The notes: generated by a model from the letters alone, not told the origin. A stretch of DNA of 22,059 nt from Salpingoeca rosetta (GCA_033442325.1 JAWQFM010000004.1:1761107-1783165), one strand, 5' to 3'. Counted from the first letter of the stretch, positions 1 to 14,233 are shown. Program-made: numbers and translations.

Positions 1-308
1 GTGTATATGCACGACTCGTGTGCTTATTTTGAAGAATAAATGTTAGAGAACAGTGTGAATATACTCCACGTGACTCATATAGATGCTCACACATCTGCTC
101 CCGAGTTTGCGACGTTGAGAATCGTAGATACGCCATACGTGCCACTGGTGTCTAAGTAGTACGAGGGCGGTAAGCTCCAGCATTGCCGTGCAGAAGAAAG
201 GGCTTCTGCTGATCGTTCTCGTCCGGGCAAATACACACAAAAAATCAGCTGAGAACGTTGAGGTAGGACAGACGTGCACAGCGCTGCTTAGCTTTATGCG
301 TCAATCAC

Positions 309-409
<101 letters not shown>

Positions 410-554
410 CACCTGTGAGGGGTATAGGTAGGAGGGGTGTGGGTAGGATAACGGCGTCGCTGCGACCAAGATGCTTCCTTGAATCACGTGCACACAACCA
501 CAAGGCTACCGCCTTGACTACAACAACTATCACGACCACCACGAGTCTCGTTAC

Positions 555-2481
555 CGTGAGGGCTGCGCGGTTGTTCATGGCGGTGGTCGTGGCGACGACC
601 GTCTTGCGCGGCGTCCGCTGAAGATGCACGCGGCCGCTCGCCTGTGGAGAGACGGAGGGAAAGGGGGAGTGGGAGTGTGCAGAAGGTGGTAAGCTGCTGG
701 TGGGGATGAGTCGTGTGTGTGTGTGTGTGTATGTGTGTGTGTATGTGTGTGTGTGTGTGCGTGTGTGTGTGTGTTTACAGGATTTAATGCAGGACGGGAC
801 AACACACCAATCACAACAGAGTGTCACGGCTGATGTACACACAGACATACACACGCACACGCACACACACACGCACACGCACACACACACACAATTGCAT
901 ACACCACCACCACCACCACCACCACCTGCTCGACAGACGACTTTGCGCCGTCAACGGTGACAATCGCCGATTCGCCATCAGCGCCCGTCACGACAACCAG
1001 CGCGCCCTCAGACAGCTAACGTGGCACGCAAGGAAGGGTCGTGGCGGGTTGCGGTGACACGTGAGATGGGGAAGGAAAGAGCGGGCGTGGCTAAAGCAAA
1101 CACACAAGCACTCATCCAAACGTCGTAATGCACAATCACATGCACACGCACACACACACGCGCACGCACGCACGCACCGCGTTGAGAGTGACGGGGGACT
1201 TGATGGGCACAGAGAGGCGGTGGACCTTCGTCGCTGTCAAAATCAACGATGTCATGTAGGTGCGAATAATATGGGGAGGGGGTTGAGCCAGTTGGTACCC
1301 CATGGAGCGATTGTACTTCCGTACAGCAGGCACACGAGTGCACACACAGACACACACACAGACACACACACACAGACACACACACACACAGACACACACA
1401 CACAGACACACACACACGGCCTATCAACTACTTCCTCCTCACTCTGCCTGCACACGGAGGGATACACACGTGCAGAGAACTGGGCAATGGCGATATCGGT
1501 GGCTGCGGCGGTGGCGGTCGATGCACAGACGACGGCGGCGTCCGTGGTGGTGCACACATCGCCCGAGATGGCCGTCTTGGCCTGATGGCGACGGCAACAT
1601 GGTGGGGTGCACACAACAGGGTGAGGGTTGATTGGCATGTGTGCGTGTGAGCAGACGATGGAAGACACACCAAGGCACCGAAGATGAAGAGAACAAGAGC
1701 ACACACACATACACACACACACGCACACACACACTCACACACATACACACACACACACTCACACACACCTCCTTCATCTGCTTGGTCTGCGGGTCCAGCT
1801 CCAGAACAACGACATCATCACCATCATCACCATCACCACCATCGCTGGCATTGCTGCCGGCGGTGCGGGCGGCTGCGCGGACGCGGCCCTTTGGCGAGCA
1901 CGACAGCGACAGCACCGAGTACCTGGCGAAGGGTAAATGGAGGATGGGAGGGAGTGGTGGGTGTATGCGTGTATGCGTATGCATGTGTGCGCGTGTTGTG
2001 TTGGTTTTGGTTGAAAGTGAGAAGGGGGTGGTTCAAAAGTGGAAATGTGTCCTGACTACTTGGGGCCACGCCCTGCCAGCTCACACTTCCCACCAGCCAC
2101 CAACAACTGCGCCACCACCACGAACAACTGCGCCACCAGCAGCTACGTTATCCCCTCTCTTTCCCTCTCTGCATCATTTCGTGCGACCAAATCCCCCACG
2201 TGCTCACGTGTCTGCGAGGTCGATGGACCAGTCAATGTTGCCCGTGAGACCGTTCGTGAAGGCGACGCGCGAGCTGTGCAGCGTCACCACCAGCGGGCCT
2301 GCAGTCGGTGCGGGGTGGTGGTGATTGGTGGTGATTGGTGGTGAGGTGCATGGATGGTGACTGGAGGTGAGGTGGATTGGCATCATCATCGCCAATACAG
2401 AACATGACGCGAGAGATGCGGACGAACAACGCAACGAGCACAACAACGAAGGTGGCATGCGCAGCAGGGTGCGCACACACG

Positions 2482-2540
<59 letters not shown>

Positions 2541-3757
2541 GCACCGCTTGATGAGCGGAGGAGGCAGGTGTCAACGCCAGCCGTGCGATCGAGCAGAGAC
2601 GCGTGTCTGTAAGGACGTGTAATTGGCGCGCGATTGAGTGGTGAATGGATCAAAACAAAGTGAGGTGCAGTGGAATGGTTAAGATGGGAGTTGCCACACG
2701 GAACGTCGAATGCGCGCAAGTAACAAGGCACACAATTCATACAATACAACACAACACCCCACACAGCAAGAGCGCAAACAACACCCACGCACGATAGTTG
2801 CTTCAAAGCAATGACTCACTGTGGCGGCGTGGCGGGAACTTGGCTGGAAGGGAGATCGCGAAGCGGGATGGAGCCGGGGGATGCGTCCAGGACAGAGACG
2901 CCATGACGCATGGTCAGGCCGACCACGCGCTTGGCGCCGCCACAGACAGCGATGACCGTGGATTGGCCGCCTGCAGCGAGGGGCGCAGATTTGTGTGGTA
3001 TGCACCGTCAAGCACCGAGAGCAGCCAGGACGGGGGCAACAAGTGTTGCCTGGATGCAGCAAGATCGATAGCACGTGCACTGAAATGCCGCATGCAATCA
3101 TGCACACAACCATGTCTTCAGGACAGTCAGCTCACCAAAGACGGAGACGATCAGCTCGTCCACGACGTCCGTCTCCCTCAGCGTAACGCGCCACACTGCA
3201 GAGCAGCTCTCAGTGAGAAAACGGAGGTACCGGTGGTTTGTTGCACGACACGGTTTTCATGGGCTCGCAGAGTACTGTGATGGGTTCAAAAGTGCGCGTG
3301 TTATGATGTCAAGCGGATGAACTCACGGATAGCGGAGGAATCGGGATCGATGCGGGCGATGACGCCTTCGCGCGTGGCAACGACAAGCTCCCCAGCACTG
3401 CCCTCTGCAGCCAATAGCACATGTCCAATGTGTTGTTGAACCCTACCAGCGTGTATGTGACGTGCGTGGGTGTGTGAGTGCGTTGGGTAAGGTGTGTTGC
3501 GTTGAGGGCAAGGTAGAACCGCCGACATCATCATCATCATCAACAAGCTGCAGCTGCACAATCACAGCCGCGTGCACTCACACACAAAGAGCACACACAG
3601 CACGCACACACACACACACACACACAACGCACCAGTCGTACACGCCGGCGTCCTCTGCGTACAGTGCAGCGCACGGAGCCGTGTGCAAGGCGACAAGCCC
3701 AACAAGAGCCAGCACAGCAGCCACCAGCAACGGGCGACAAGAACCAGCCATCATCAT
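555..3757 (-). CDS. EMC1: ER membrane protein complex subunit 1, 5' portion (368 codons over 11 exons; 3' part missing or interrupted)
   Basis: Signal peptide followed by ALYAEDAGVYDW|VQQHIGH..LVVATREGVIARIDPDSSAILWRVTL, matching the EMC1 N-terminus (LYEDQ.G..DW.Q..IG ... L.V.T...VIA.L....G.I.WR). Exons (-): 3757-3633, 3442-3327, 3195-3136, 2970-2820, 2606-2545, 2298-2208, 1922-1769, 1581-1470, 1233-1178, 1015-926, 641-555. All introns are GT-AG and phases chain without a stop (1104 nt). Later exons are supported by phase and composition more than by recognisable homology. The start could be any of three adjacent ATGs (3757, 3754, 3751). Confidence 0.85.
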
Positions 3758-3919
3758 CTTCATCAATCGCACAGGAGGAACTCTGCCACGAGTGATTCGG
3801 AAAATACACCGTATTTTCACACACATTTCGTCAAAGCTGTCTGCGACTGAAATCAGTGTGCGACCGTTGCGGGGAAAAGGAAGGCGAAGCACCAAAGCGG
3901 CACACCTCATCTCAGCGAG
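3758..3919. promoter_or_regulatory. Putative compact bidirectional promoter between EMC1 and APC11
   Basis: Divergent ATGs at 3757 (-) and 3920 (+) are separated by 162 bp of microsatellite-free DNA. It contains the inverted repeat GAAAATAC-acc-GTATTTTC at 3800-3818. Confidence 0.6.
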
Positions 3920-3944
3920 ATGAAGGTGAAGGTGAAGCGTAAGT

Positions 3945-4007
<63 letters not shown>

Positions 4008-4660
4008 CAAATAGTGCGCGCACCGCTGGGTTTTGATGCTCACGACACATGTGTTTGTTTTACTGGTTGTCGCGTGTTTTTTTTTTTTTTTGACCGCCGG
4101 AACCTCACCACGCATCCTCAACAGAGTAAGTGCAAAGACCATGCCATGCTTGTGTGCTACGATCCACAACGCTGACAAGCCTTTGTGCCTAGTGTCTACG
4201 CGCGTGTGTGACTCATGTGCTGGATCTCGCTGGCAGGTGGAACGTGGTGGCAGTGTGGAAATGGACGGCGCCAGATGACTCGTGCGGTATTTGTCGGCAG
4301 GCCTTTGACGGCTGCTGCCCCAGCTGTCACGAACCCGGAGAGAACTGCCCCATCGGTGAGCACACGTCATTTGTGGTGTGGCTGCGCCCCCTGCGGTATC
4401 GCAATCACAGGGGTGTTGCTATCACAAACCCCCGCTGACCTGAGATGAACGACGGCTCGCTTGCAAGTTTTTTTTTTCTTGACTCGCCGCCTCTCCTCCA
4501 TCTCACCTCATTCCTTCCCCCCGCCTTCCCACTGACATCCGTGCAATCGACAGTATTTGGCAAGTGCAAGCACTGCTTCCATATGCACTGCATCCTGAAG
4601 TGGCTGGGCCAACCACAGGACGAATGCCCAATGTGCAGACAAACGTGGGAGTTTCAATAG
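3920..4660 (+). CDS. ANAPC11: Anaphase-promoting complex subunit 11 (RING-H2), 81 aa, 4 exons including a 1-nt exon
   Basis: Exons 3920-3938, 4125, 4237-4355 and 4554-4660 (19+1+119+107 = 246 nt) give MKVKVKQWNVVAVWKWTAPDDSCGICRQAFDGCCPSCHEPGENCPIVFGKCKHCFHMHCILKWLGQPQDECPMCRQTWEFQ*. CGICR..FDGCCP.C..PG..CP and HCFHMHCILKWL...CPMCRQ.W.F are diagnostic of APC11 rather than RBX1. Confidence 0.96.
4125..4125 (+). other. ANAPC11: Single-nucleotide coding exon (A) of APC11
   Basis: Context cctcaacag|A|gtaagt: a CAG acceptor followed by one base and a perfect GTAAGT donor. It joins the phase-1 donor at 3939 to the phase-2 acceptor at 4236, giving C+A+G = Gln7. Confidence 0.85.
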
Positions 4661-4693
4661 GAGACCATCACTGTGTTGTGTGTGTGTGTGTGC

Positions 4694-4726
<33 letters not shown>

Positions 4727-5025
4727 TATGTGTGTGTGTGTGTGTGTGTGTTTGGATCTGCGTCTTTGTACTTTTCAAACCTTCCCCGTCAATCCCTCTC
4801 ACACAACATCGTTGATTGGCGATACCACAGCGATGAGGGTTCACACGTCAAACATTACAGCTCTTTGAATACCTATGTACGCCCGGCTCACGGCAGTGGA
4901 TAATGACACGAACTGGGCAACGAACACGAGAGGCGCAAAGTGGAGACACACACACGCACGCACACGCACACACACACACACACACGCACACACACACACA
5001 CACACACACAGAACATGTATGCGTG

Positions 5026-5268
5026 CTACTCGACGCCCCAGAAGCGGACGGACTTGTCGTAGGAGCACGTGACGAGCATCTCGTGGGCGCTACACATGTG
5101 CATGTCGCGGATAACCTTGCTGTGGCCTGATGATGGCGGTGAAGATGATGATGATGCCGAAAGTAAAGGGAGGGAGGGTGGTGTGAGTACAAGGGAAAGC
5201 GTGGTTGCGAGGAGAAGGGGCAAAGACAGAGGGAGGAAGAGTAAGGGCAGAAGGCGCCTGCAACAATA

Positions 5269-5349
<81 letters not shown>

Positions 5350-5788
5350 GCGCGCGCAGACGCTCCAAGTCATTCGGACCTTTGAGGCGCTGCACGACCT
5401 TTTGTGTCGTCGTCTCCCACACCACAACGTCGTTCGCCTGGTGGAAGTGAGACGTAAACGCGTTGGTTTTGAGTGTGAACAAGTGGTAGAGAGTGGATTG
5501 AGGGCAGGTGAGCACAGCTACCGCAGACACACACACACACCACGTAAGCTTTGCTGACCTCTGATGAGGCGTAGACGTATGCGCCAGACGGGTGGAAGCA
5601 ACAGCGCGGGTTGCTGTACTGTCCGTTGCTCGCGCCATAGAACACCTTCAACTGTTGAATGGTAAGGGCGTGGAGGGAGGGAGTGAGGGAGTGAGGGAGT
5701 CAAGACAAATCGACCACACACATCATACATGCACACACTCACTCACATACACACACATCACACATCACACACACACACACACACACTC

Positions 5789-5820
<32 letters not shown>

Positions 5821-8069
5821 ACAAACAGACACGCACACACACACACATCACATCACACACACACACACGCACACTCGCCCTGACCAGGCATTTGTGCTGT
5901 CGGGAGAGGAGGATGAGGCGGTCGCGGTCTGTGGCGACGAGCACATATCTGCCATCGGGACTCACGCACGCGTCCATCGCAGAGAAGCTCACATAGTCGT
6001 CCAGCAGCTCGTTCATGTTGATGTAGTCAGTTTGCTTGCAGGCAATGTCGTACACGTGCAGGCAACACTCGCCACGCGCACAGATGAGCAGCTGCCCTGG
6101 TCGTCCCTCCTTTCCATCATCACCACCACTACCATTGTTGTCATCACCATCATCACCATCATCATCACCATCATCACTGTTGTTGTCGTCACCATCGCCA
6201 CCAGTGTCTGCTGCTGTGTCGAGCGGCGGTGCAAATGTGACGCACTCCACGTTCCCTTCAAAGTGGAACTGCTGCAACCGCTCGTACTCCTCCCCGCTGT
6301 TGTCTCCATTGCCGCTGCCACCATCATCGCCTTTACTGCGCGTGCTTGTTCCGCGCGCCCACAGCTCTGCGGTGCCATCATATGACGCCGTTGCAAAGTA
6401 TTGCCCGCACGGCGACCACCGCACGCGCACGACGTACTTGCGGTGCTTTGGCCCGGCCTGCACCACGTTGCCTTCCATATCCAACACGTTCGTAGCTCCG
6501 TCCATTCCTATGTACATGCGTGTGTGCGTGCATATACGAATGTGAATGTGTTGAAGTCAGCGATGCTGGCCATGGACACGGGATCGAGCACTTGCACCAG
6601 TGCCGTGTACACACACACACACACACACACACATACACACGCACACACGCACACGCACACACACACCAACCAACCTCCAACGAGCATGAGGTTGTTGGTG
6701 GGGTTGTAGTCGACACATAGGATCGGGCATGGCATTGGGAACTTGGCTGTGGGCTCGTCTGCAAAGACAGCTCCGGAAGGCCATCCACTGGTGTGACAAA
6801 GTTACACTTTAACTATAAAGCTGGAGTTCCCTTTCCATCATCACCACCACTACCATTGTTGTCATCACCATCATCACCATCATCATCACCATCATCACTG
6901 TTGTTGTCGTCACCATCGCCACCAGTGTCTGCTGCTGTGTCGAGCGGCGGTGCAAATGTGACGCACTCCACGTTCCCTTCAAAGTGGAACTGCTGCAACC
7001 GCTCGTACTCCTCCCCGCTGTTGTCTCCATTGCCGCTGCCACCATCATCGCCTTTACTGCGCGTGCTTGTTCCGCGCGCCCACAGCTCTGCGGTGCCATC
7101 ATATGACGCCGTTGCAAAGTATTGCCCGCACGGCGACCACCGCACGCGCACGACGTACTTGCGGTGCTTTGGCCCGGCCTGCACCACGTTGCCTTCCATA
7201 TCCAACACGTTCGTAGCTCCGTCCATTCCTATGTACATGCGTGTGTGCGTGCATATACGAATGTGAATGTGTTGAAGTCAGCGATGCTGGCCATGGACAC
7301 GGGATCGAGCACTTGCACCAGTGCCGTGTACACACACACACACACACACACACATACACACGCACACACGCACACGCACACACACACCAACCAACCTCCA
7401 ACGAGCATGAGGTTGTTGGTGGGGTTGTAGTCGACACATAGGATCGGGCATGGCATTGGGAACTTGGCTGTGGGCTCGTCTGCAAAGACAGCCTCCGGAA
7501 GGCCATCCACTGGTGTGACCCCGACCGTGCGGTCAGCAGACGAGGTGATAAGCTTGCCGTCTGTGCTCAGCCGACACGCCAACACGTTGCCTTCATGGCG
7601 ACCCTGTGAATGAAATGGCAACAACGTGTGTTGAACGCACGTATGTGTATGTGTGTGTGTACAAACTCACTCACTCACTCACTCACTCACTCACTCACTC
7701 ACTCACTCAATGACTCACATGCATACACACACGCATACACAGACTCGCATACATACACACACGCCTCACACATACACATATTCACGCCTCACACACCTGG
7801 AGGCAGGCGTATTCGACGGCGCAGAACCTGTTGTCGGGCTGGATGGCGGCTGTTTCAAGGGCGGGCTTTGGCTTGCGCGTCGGGTTGACAGTCTCGCGCA
7901 GGGTGACCAGCTCGTCCAACATGCTCAGAAGCTGCCCTGATGCTTCCTCTGTGGCTTCCCTCACAGCGCTTGCGTCCTCCATGGCATCTTGCATGGCCAT
8001 GGCAGCCACATCAAATCCTTGCTCCACAAGGTACTGGTACACCGCAAGCCGAACACGATCTCTGTCCAT
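5026..8069 (-). CDS. LisH-motif plus WD40-repeat protein, about 451 aa once the internal duplication is collapsed
   Basis: N-terminal LisH-like DRVRLAVYQYLVEQGFDVAAMAM. WD40 repeats include HRKYVVRVRWSPCGQYFATASYDGTAELW and GHSKVIRDMHM..LVTCSYDKSVRFW. Exons (-): 8069-7797, 7603-7396, 6507-5885, 5651-5559, 5437-5380, 5126-5026 (1356 nt, in phase, GT-AG). A duplicate of the exon 3 start lies at 7228. Confidence 0.88.
6109..7519. repeat. Direct tandem duplication: 6109-6797 and 6830-7519, separated by a 32-bp unrelated spacer
   Basis: The copies align at a constant 721-bp offset, including the embedded microsatellite. The only difference I see is one indel (cagctccgg vs cagcctccgg) near the end. 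Confidence 0.95.
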
Positions 8070-8369
8070 GGTTGTTGGTTGTTGGAGTCGTGCCTTGGAA
8101 GTTTTATGCTGTTGTGGACAGTTGTTTACAGCGGCAGCAGACGACGCCCTTCGCCTTACGCTTGCTCACACTCCTTCTCTTGCTCACACCCCAGGCTGAC
8201 CGTGCAGACGCTTCTGTTCTTGCTCGCATCACGCCCGCTGTCACGTACCAACGCTTGCAACCATCGATCGCACCACCGCATTCAACCGCGGCATAACGGA
8301 AACGGCACAGCACCACCACCATTTCCATTGACGAACGGTTGCGAGACAAGAAGAGAACATCATCACATC
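8070..8369. promoter_or_regulatory. Putative bidirectional promoter between the LisH-WD40 and ANTH genes
   Basis: Divergent ATGs at 8069 (-) and 8370 (+), 300 bp apart with no microsatellite. Contains three CTTGCTCRCA copies (about 8161, 8179, 8219). Confidence 0.5.
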
Positions 8370-11324
<2,955 letters not shown>

Positions 11325-12413
11325 TATGTGTGCGCGTGCGTGCGTGCGTGCGTGTGTGCGTGTCTGTGTCTGTGTGTCTGTATGTCTGCCTCTCTGTCTG
11401 CCTGCCTCTCTGTCTGTCTGTCTGCCTGTCTGTCTGTCTGTCTGCCTGCCTGTCCGTTTGTTCGTTGGTCGTTTGCGTGCACGGGCCTTTTTCCCTTGAA
11501 CCACTTCCGTTCGCTTCCGCCCATTTGAAATTTTGGCACAGTCATGTTGTTTCAGTTACACTTTCATCTCTGTGACTCAGACGAATCCCGACCACCATTG
11601 CGACACAACACTCTACCACCCTTACCATTGCTTGCCACATTTTCATCGACAACCCATCCACGCAAGCCACGTTGAATCGAACCAAAGCACACCAAACGCC
11701 CCCACCCCCTCCTCTCCTCTCTCTCTCCCTTTCTCTCCACCCCCAATAATGAGCACGACGAACACCAGCATGCAGGCGACCTTGGATGCGCGCAAGCGGC
11801 TGGCGCCTGGTATTGGGAGACACTACTTTGCGTCCATCGCACGCCACACGCTTGGGCTGACGGGCGAGAGCGGCGATGCCATGCTAAGCGAATTGGGTCG
11901 GTTCATGTTCCTGTACGCGCTCACGAAGGACGGCGGCGTGAGGGAGGAAGAGCCCCACCTCGAGCCGATGTCGCCCCCGCTTGCACTGGACACGCTGTGG
12001 CACAACTGCATCCTGGAGACGGCGTTGTACAAGCGCGCGTGCCGCCGCCTTGCTGGGCGCATGGTGCACCACCGCATCAGCAACACATACACGCTGACGA
12101 GTGAGGAGAAGGAGAAGCGGCGCCACAACTACTTTGTGCAGCACATCAAGCATTTCGGCATGCCATCCATGTTCGACGACAACCCTGACGCAAGGACGGA
12201 GCAGGAGCAGCGACGAAGGAAGCCAGCGCGGGGGTTCACATGCGTGTTCCTGAAGACGCTCACGGGAAAGACTCTGACAATGCCCGCAACACCCAAGACG
12301 ACCATTGAGGAGCTCTCCCACATGTACGAGGCACGCGGGGGCCCTCCCGCTGACGACCAGCGGTTCATCTACGCGGGGCAGCAGCTGGAGAGGGGCCGTA
12401 CACTTTTGGATTA

Positions 12414-12436
12414 CAGGCAGTTCTCTATATTGGCAA
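12414..12436 (+). repeat. Left terminal inverted repeat of the transposon
   Basis: CAGGCAGTTCTCTATATTGGCAA, preceded by TA. Confidence 0.96.
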
Positions 12437-12499
12437 CTAGGTGTGGCAAGCCCAAAAGTTTCCAATGTAGAGAAAGTTGCCGGTGTGGAATGAGCGTGT

Positions 12500-14233
12500 T
12501 TATTGTGTGTGTGGACCAAAGAATGAGTGCAGTGTGGGTTGCTTTTGCGTCTTGGACATAAAGAAGGCATCAACGTCGCTGCGAACACGAGACACAAGTG
12601 TACATGTGGGACGGAGAGATGCAGAGGATTCACACAGTCTGTTGAGAACTGTCAGGGCATTGTAAACTTCCGCACGTGTCGGTGCGGTCGGTGTCGCTTC
12701 GTCTTGGTCAGAGTCACTCCCGTCGTCGTCGCTGCTTGTGGTGGTTGTGCTGCTGTTGCTTTCTATGCGCTCAAGCTCCAAATCAATCATTGCATTCACG
12801 ATATCAGGGTCATCATCTGACGTCGCCCACTCCTCCGTTCCCTCCGCAACAACCTCAACACGCGCATCAGTTGCAATTGAAACTCTGGCTTGCAGTGATT
12901 GAGCGAGGTGACTTATTTCATCAATCGCCTCCTGCTCTTCCGTCCTTCTCTGTTCCGCCTCATCGTACTGTTCATTCTCCGCTCCGAGCCCATCTTGTAC
13001 CAGCTGTCCGCCCTCCCCTTCCTGCCCTTCCTCTTCACTGCTCCGTTCTGTCAGCATCTCATCCGAAGTCACTCGCTGCTGTTGCTGTGTATGCTGCTGT
13101 GGGAAAAAGCTTTCGGGTAGGCAAGCTGCCTTCATCCAGCACCGCACCACTGACTCAGGCTTGACCTCATCCCACACTCGTTTCAAGATCGTCAACGCGT
13201 CTCGAATGTTTGGTGGCGCTCCATGGGCAAGACCACGCAAGCCACGGCTCTTCGGTAGTGGTGTCTGCTGCCCGTCGTCGTAGTATGCGAGGAGCTGCTG
13301 CAGCACGTATGCCTTGTATCGCATTTTCACGGCCGATATCAAGCCCATATCCATGGGCTGGTGTTTTGACGTTAGGTTTGGGGGCAAGAACAACAGGTGC
13401 AGCTCCTTCGGCGCAGGGTTGGTGACGTTTTTGTGTGCCGGGCAATTGTCCCAGATGAGAACAACAGGCTCGTCTCCATAGCGTGAACGCTTCCACTTGA
13501 GAAAGAAACGCACGTAGTAATTGGCCATGTCAGTGTCGAACCAGGCTGATGCTTGAGACGTGTACCGCACTGGTGGGAAGTCGTCACGAAGGCACATAGG
13601 TCTCCGGCTCTTTCCGACAGAGAAGAGTGGCACTTTCTCCCCCGCTGCTGATGTTGCCGTCATGATCGTCAGCCGTGCTTTTGCCGCCATCTGCTTCACT
13701 CCGCGAACACTGCGCTCCGATCGAGACACGTAGAGTCTTGAAGGTAACGTCTGGTAGAAGAGACCAGTTTCATCTGCGTTGAAGACGAATTGGGGGTTGG
13801 TGATGCTCGTAGCAGCAACTGCTTGCTTGAACTCTGCCATTGCCGTTGCTGCTGTCTCTTCGTCAACACTGCCAGCCTCTCCATGTAGTCGCACGCTCTT
13901 GATGTTGTGTCGCTTGCGCACGCCCTGAAACCAGCCAGGGCTTGCGCAAAAGTTGTCAAGTGTTGCTGCCTTGTCTGGATGCGTTGCTTTCATGTCTGCA
14001 GCAAACTTGAGGGCTTTCTCTTGCACAAGCTTCCATGAGAGCCCGAGGCCATCCACCAGGTACTTGCGCTCGCGCAGCTTGATGTACTGCACCAAGCGAT
14101 CTTCAATCTCGCCAAACTGGAGCGGNNNNNNNNNNNNNNNNNNNNNNNNNNNNNNNNNNNNNNNNNNNNNNNNNNNNNNNNNNNNNNNNNNNNNNNNNNN
14201 NNNNNNNNNNNNNNNNNNNNNNNNNTTAGTCAT
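12500..14233 (-). CDS. Tigger/pogo (CENP-B-like) transposase, DD32D
   Basis: CENP-B-type HTH (IEDRLVQYI...LSWKLVQEKALKFA...FCASPGWFQGVRKRHNI...LHGEAGS). Catalytic motifs FNADETGLFY, LIWDNCPAH and FLPPNLTSKHQPMDMG, with 32 residues between the second and third Asp. No stop from 14125 to 12500. The ATG at 14233 is tentative because a 100-N gap (14126-14225) intervenes. Confidence 0.93.
   Translation of the reverse strand: MTXXXXXXXXXXXXXXXXXXXXXXXXXXXXXXXXXXPLQFGEIEDRLVQYIKLRERKYLVDGLGLSWKLVQEKALKFAADMKATHPDKAATLDNFCASPGWFQGVRKRHNIKSVRLHGEAGSVDEETAATAMAEFKQAVAATSITNPQFVFNADETGLFYQTLPSRLYVSRSERSVRGVKQMAAKARLTIMTATSAAGEKVPLFSVGKSRRPMCLRDDFPPVRYTSQASAWFDTDMANYYVRFFLKWKRSRYGDEPVVLIWDNCPAHKNVTNPAPKELHLLFLPPNLTSKHQPMDMGLISAVKMRYKAYVLQQLLAYYDDGQQTPLPKSRGLRGLAHGAPPNIRDALTILKRVWDEVKPESVVRCWMKAACLPESFFPQQHTQQQQRVTSDEMLTERSSEEEGQEGEGGQLVQDGLGAENEQYDEAEQRRTEEQEAIDEISHLAQSLQARVSIATDARVEVVAEGTEEWATSDDDPDIVNAMIDLELERIESNSSTTTTSSDDDGSDSDQDEATPTAPTRAEVYNALTVLNRLCESSASLRPTCTLVSRVRSDVDAFFMSKTQKQPTLHSFFGPHTQ
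14126..14225. other. Assembly gap (100 N, true size probably unknown) in the transposase 5' region
   Basis: Exactly 100 N. Confidence 0.99.

Noticed and set aside
43-279. 78-aa ORF as a continuation of EMC1
   Set aside because: No recognisable EMC1 similarity, atypical codon composition, and no convincing in-phase splice connection.
3937-4236. Single GC-AG intron in APC11 as an alternative to the 1-nt exon
   Set aside because: AA|GCGTAA is a poor GC donor, it ignores two perfect GTAAGT donors, and it would shorten the conserved MKVKxxxW spacing by one residue. Not strictly excluded without RNA data.
4237-4660. RBX1/ROC1 as the identity of the RING gene
   Set aside because: FDGCCPxC..PG..CP and CPMCRQ are APC11 signatures, whereas RBX1 has CAICRNHIM and CPLDN.
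6798-6829. Spacer as an I-CeuI site or 454 paired-end linker
   Set aside because: Only TAACTATAA resembles the I-CeuI site, and it does not match the 454 linker sequences I remember.
11533-12561. 342-aa ORF taken as a complete gene
   Set aside because: The upstream TTG start is unlikely in a eukaryote (first ATG is 11749). The last about 49 codons are transposon sequence, and the true C-terminus lies at 14499-14568.
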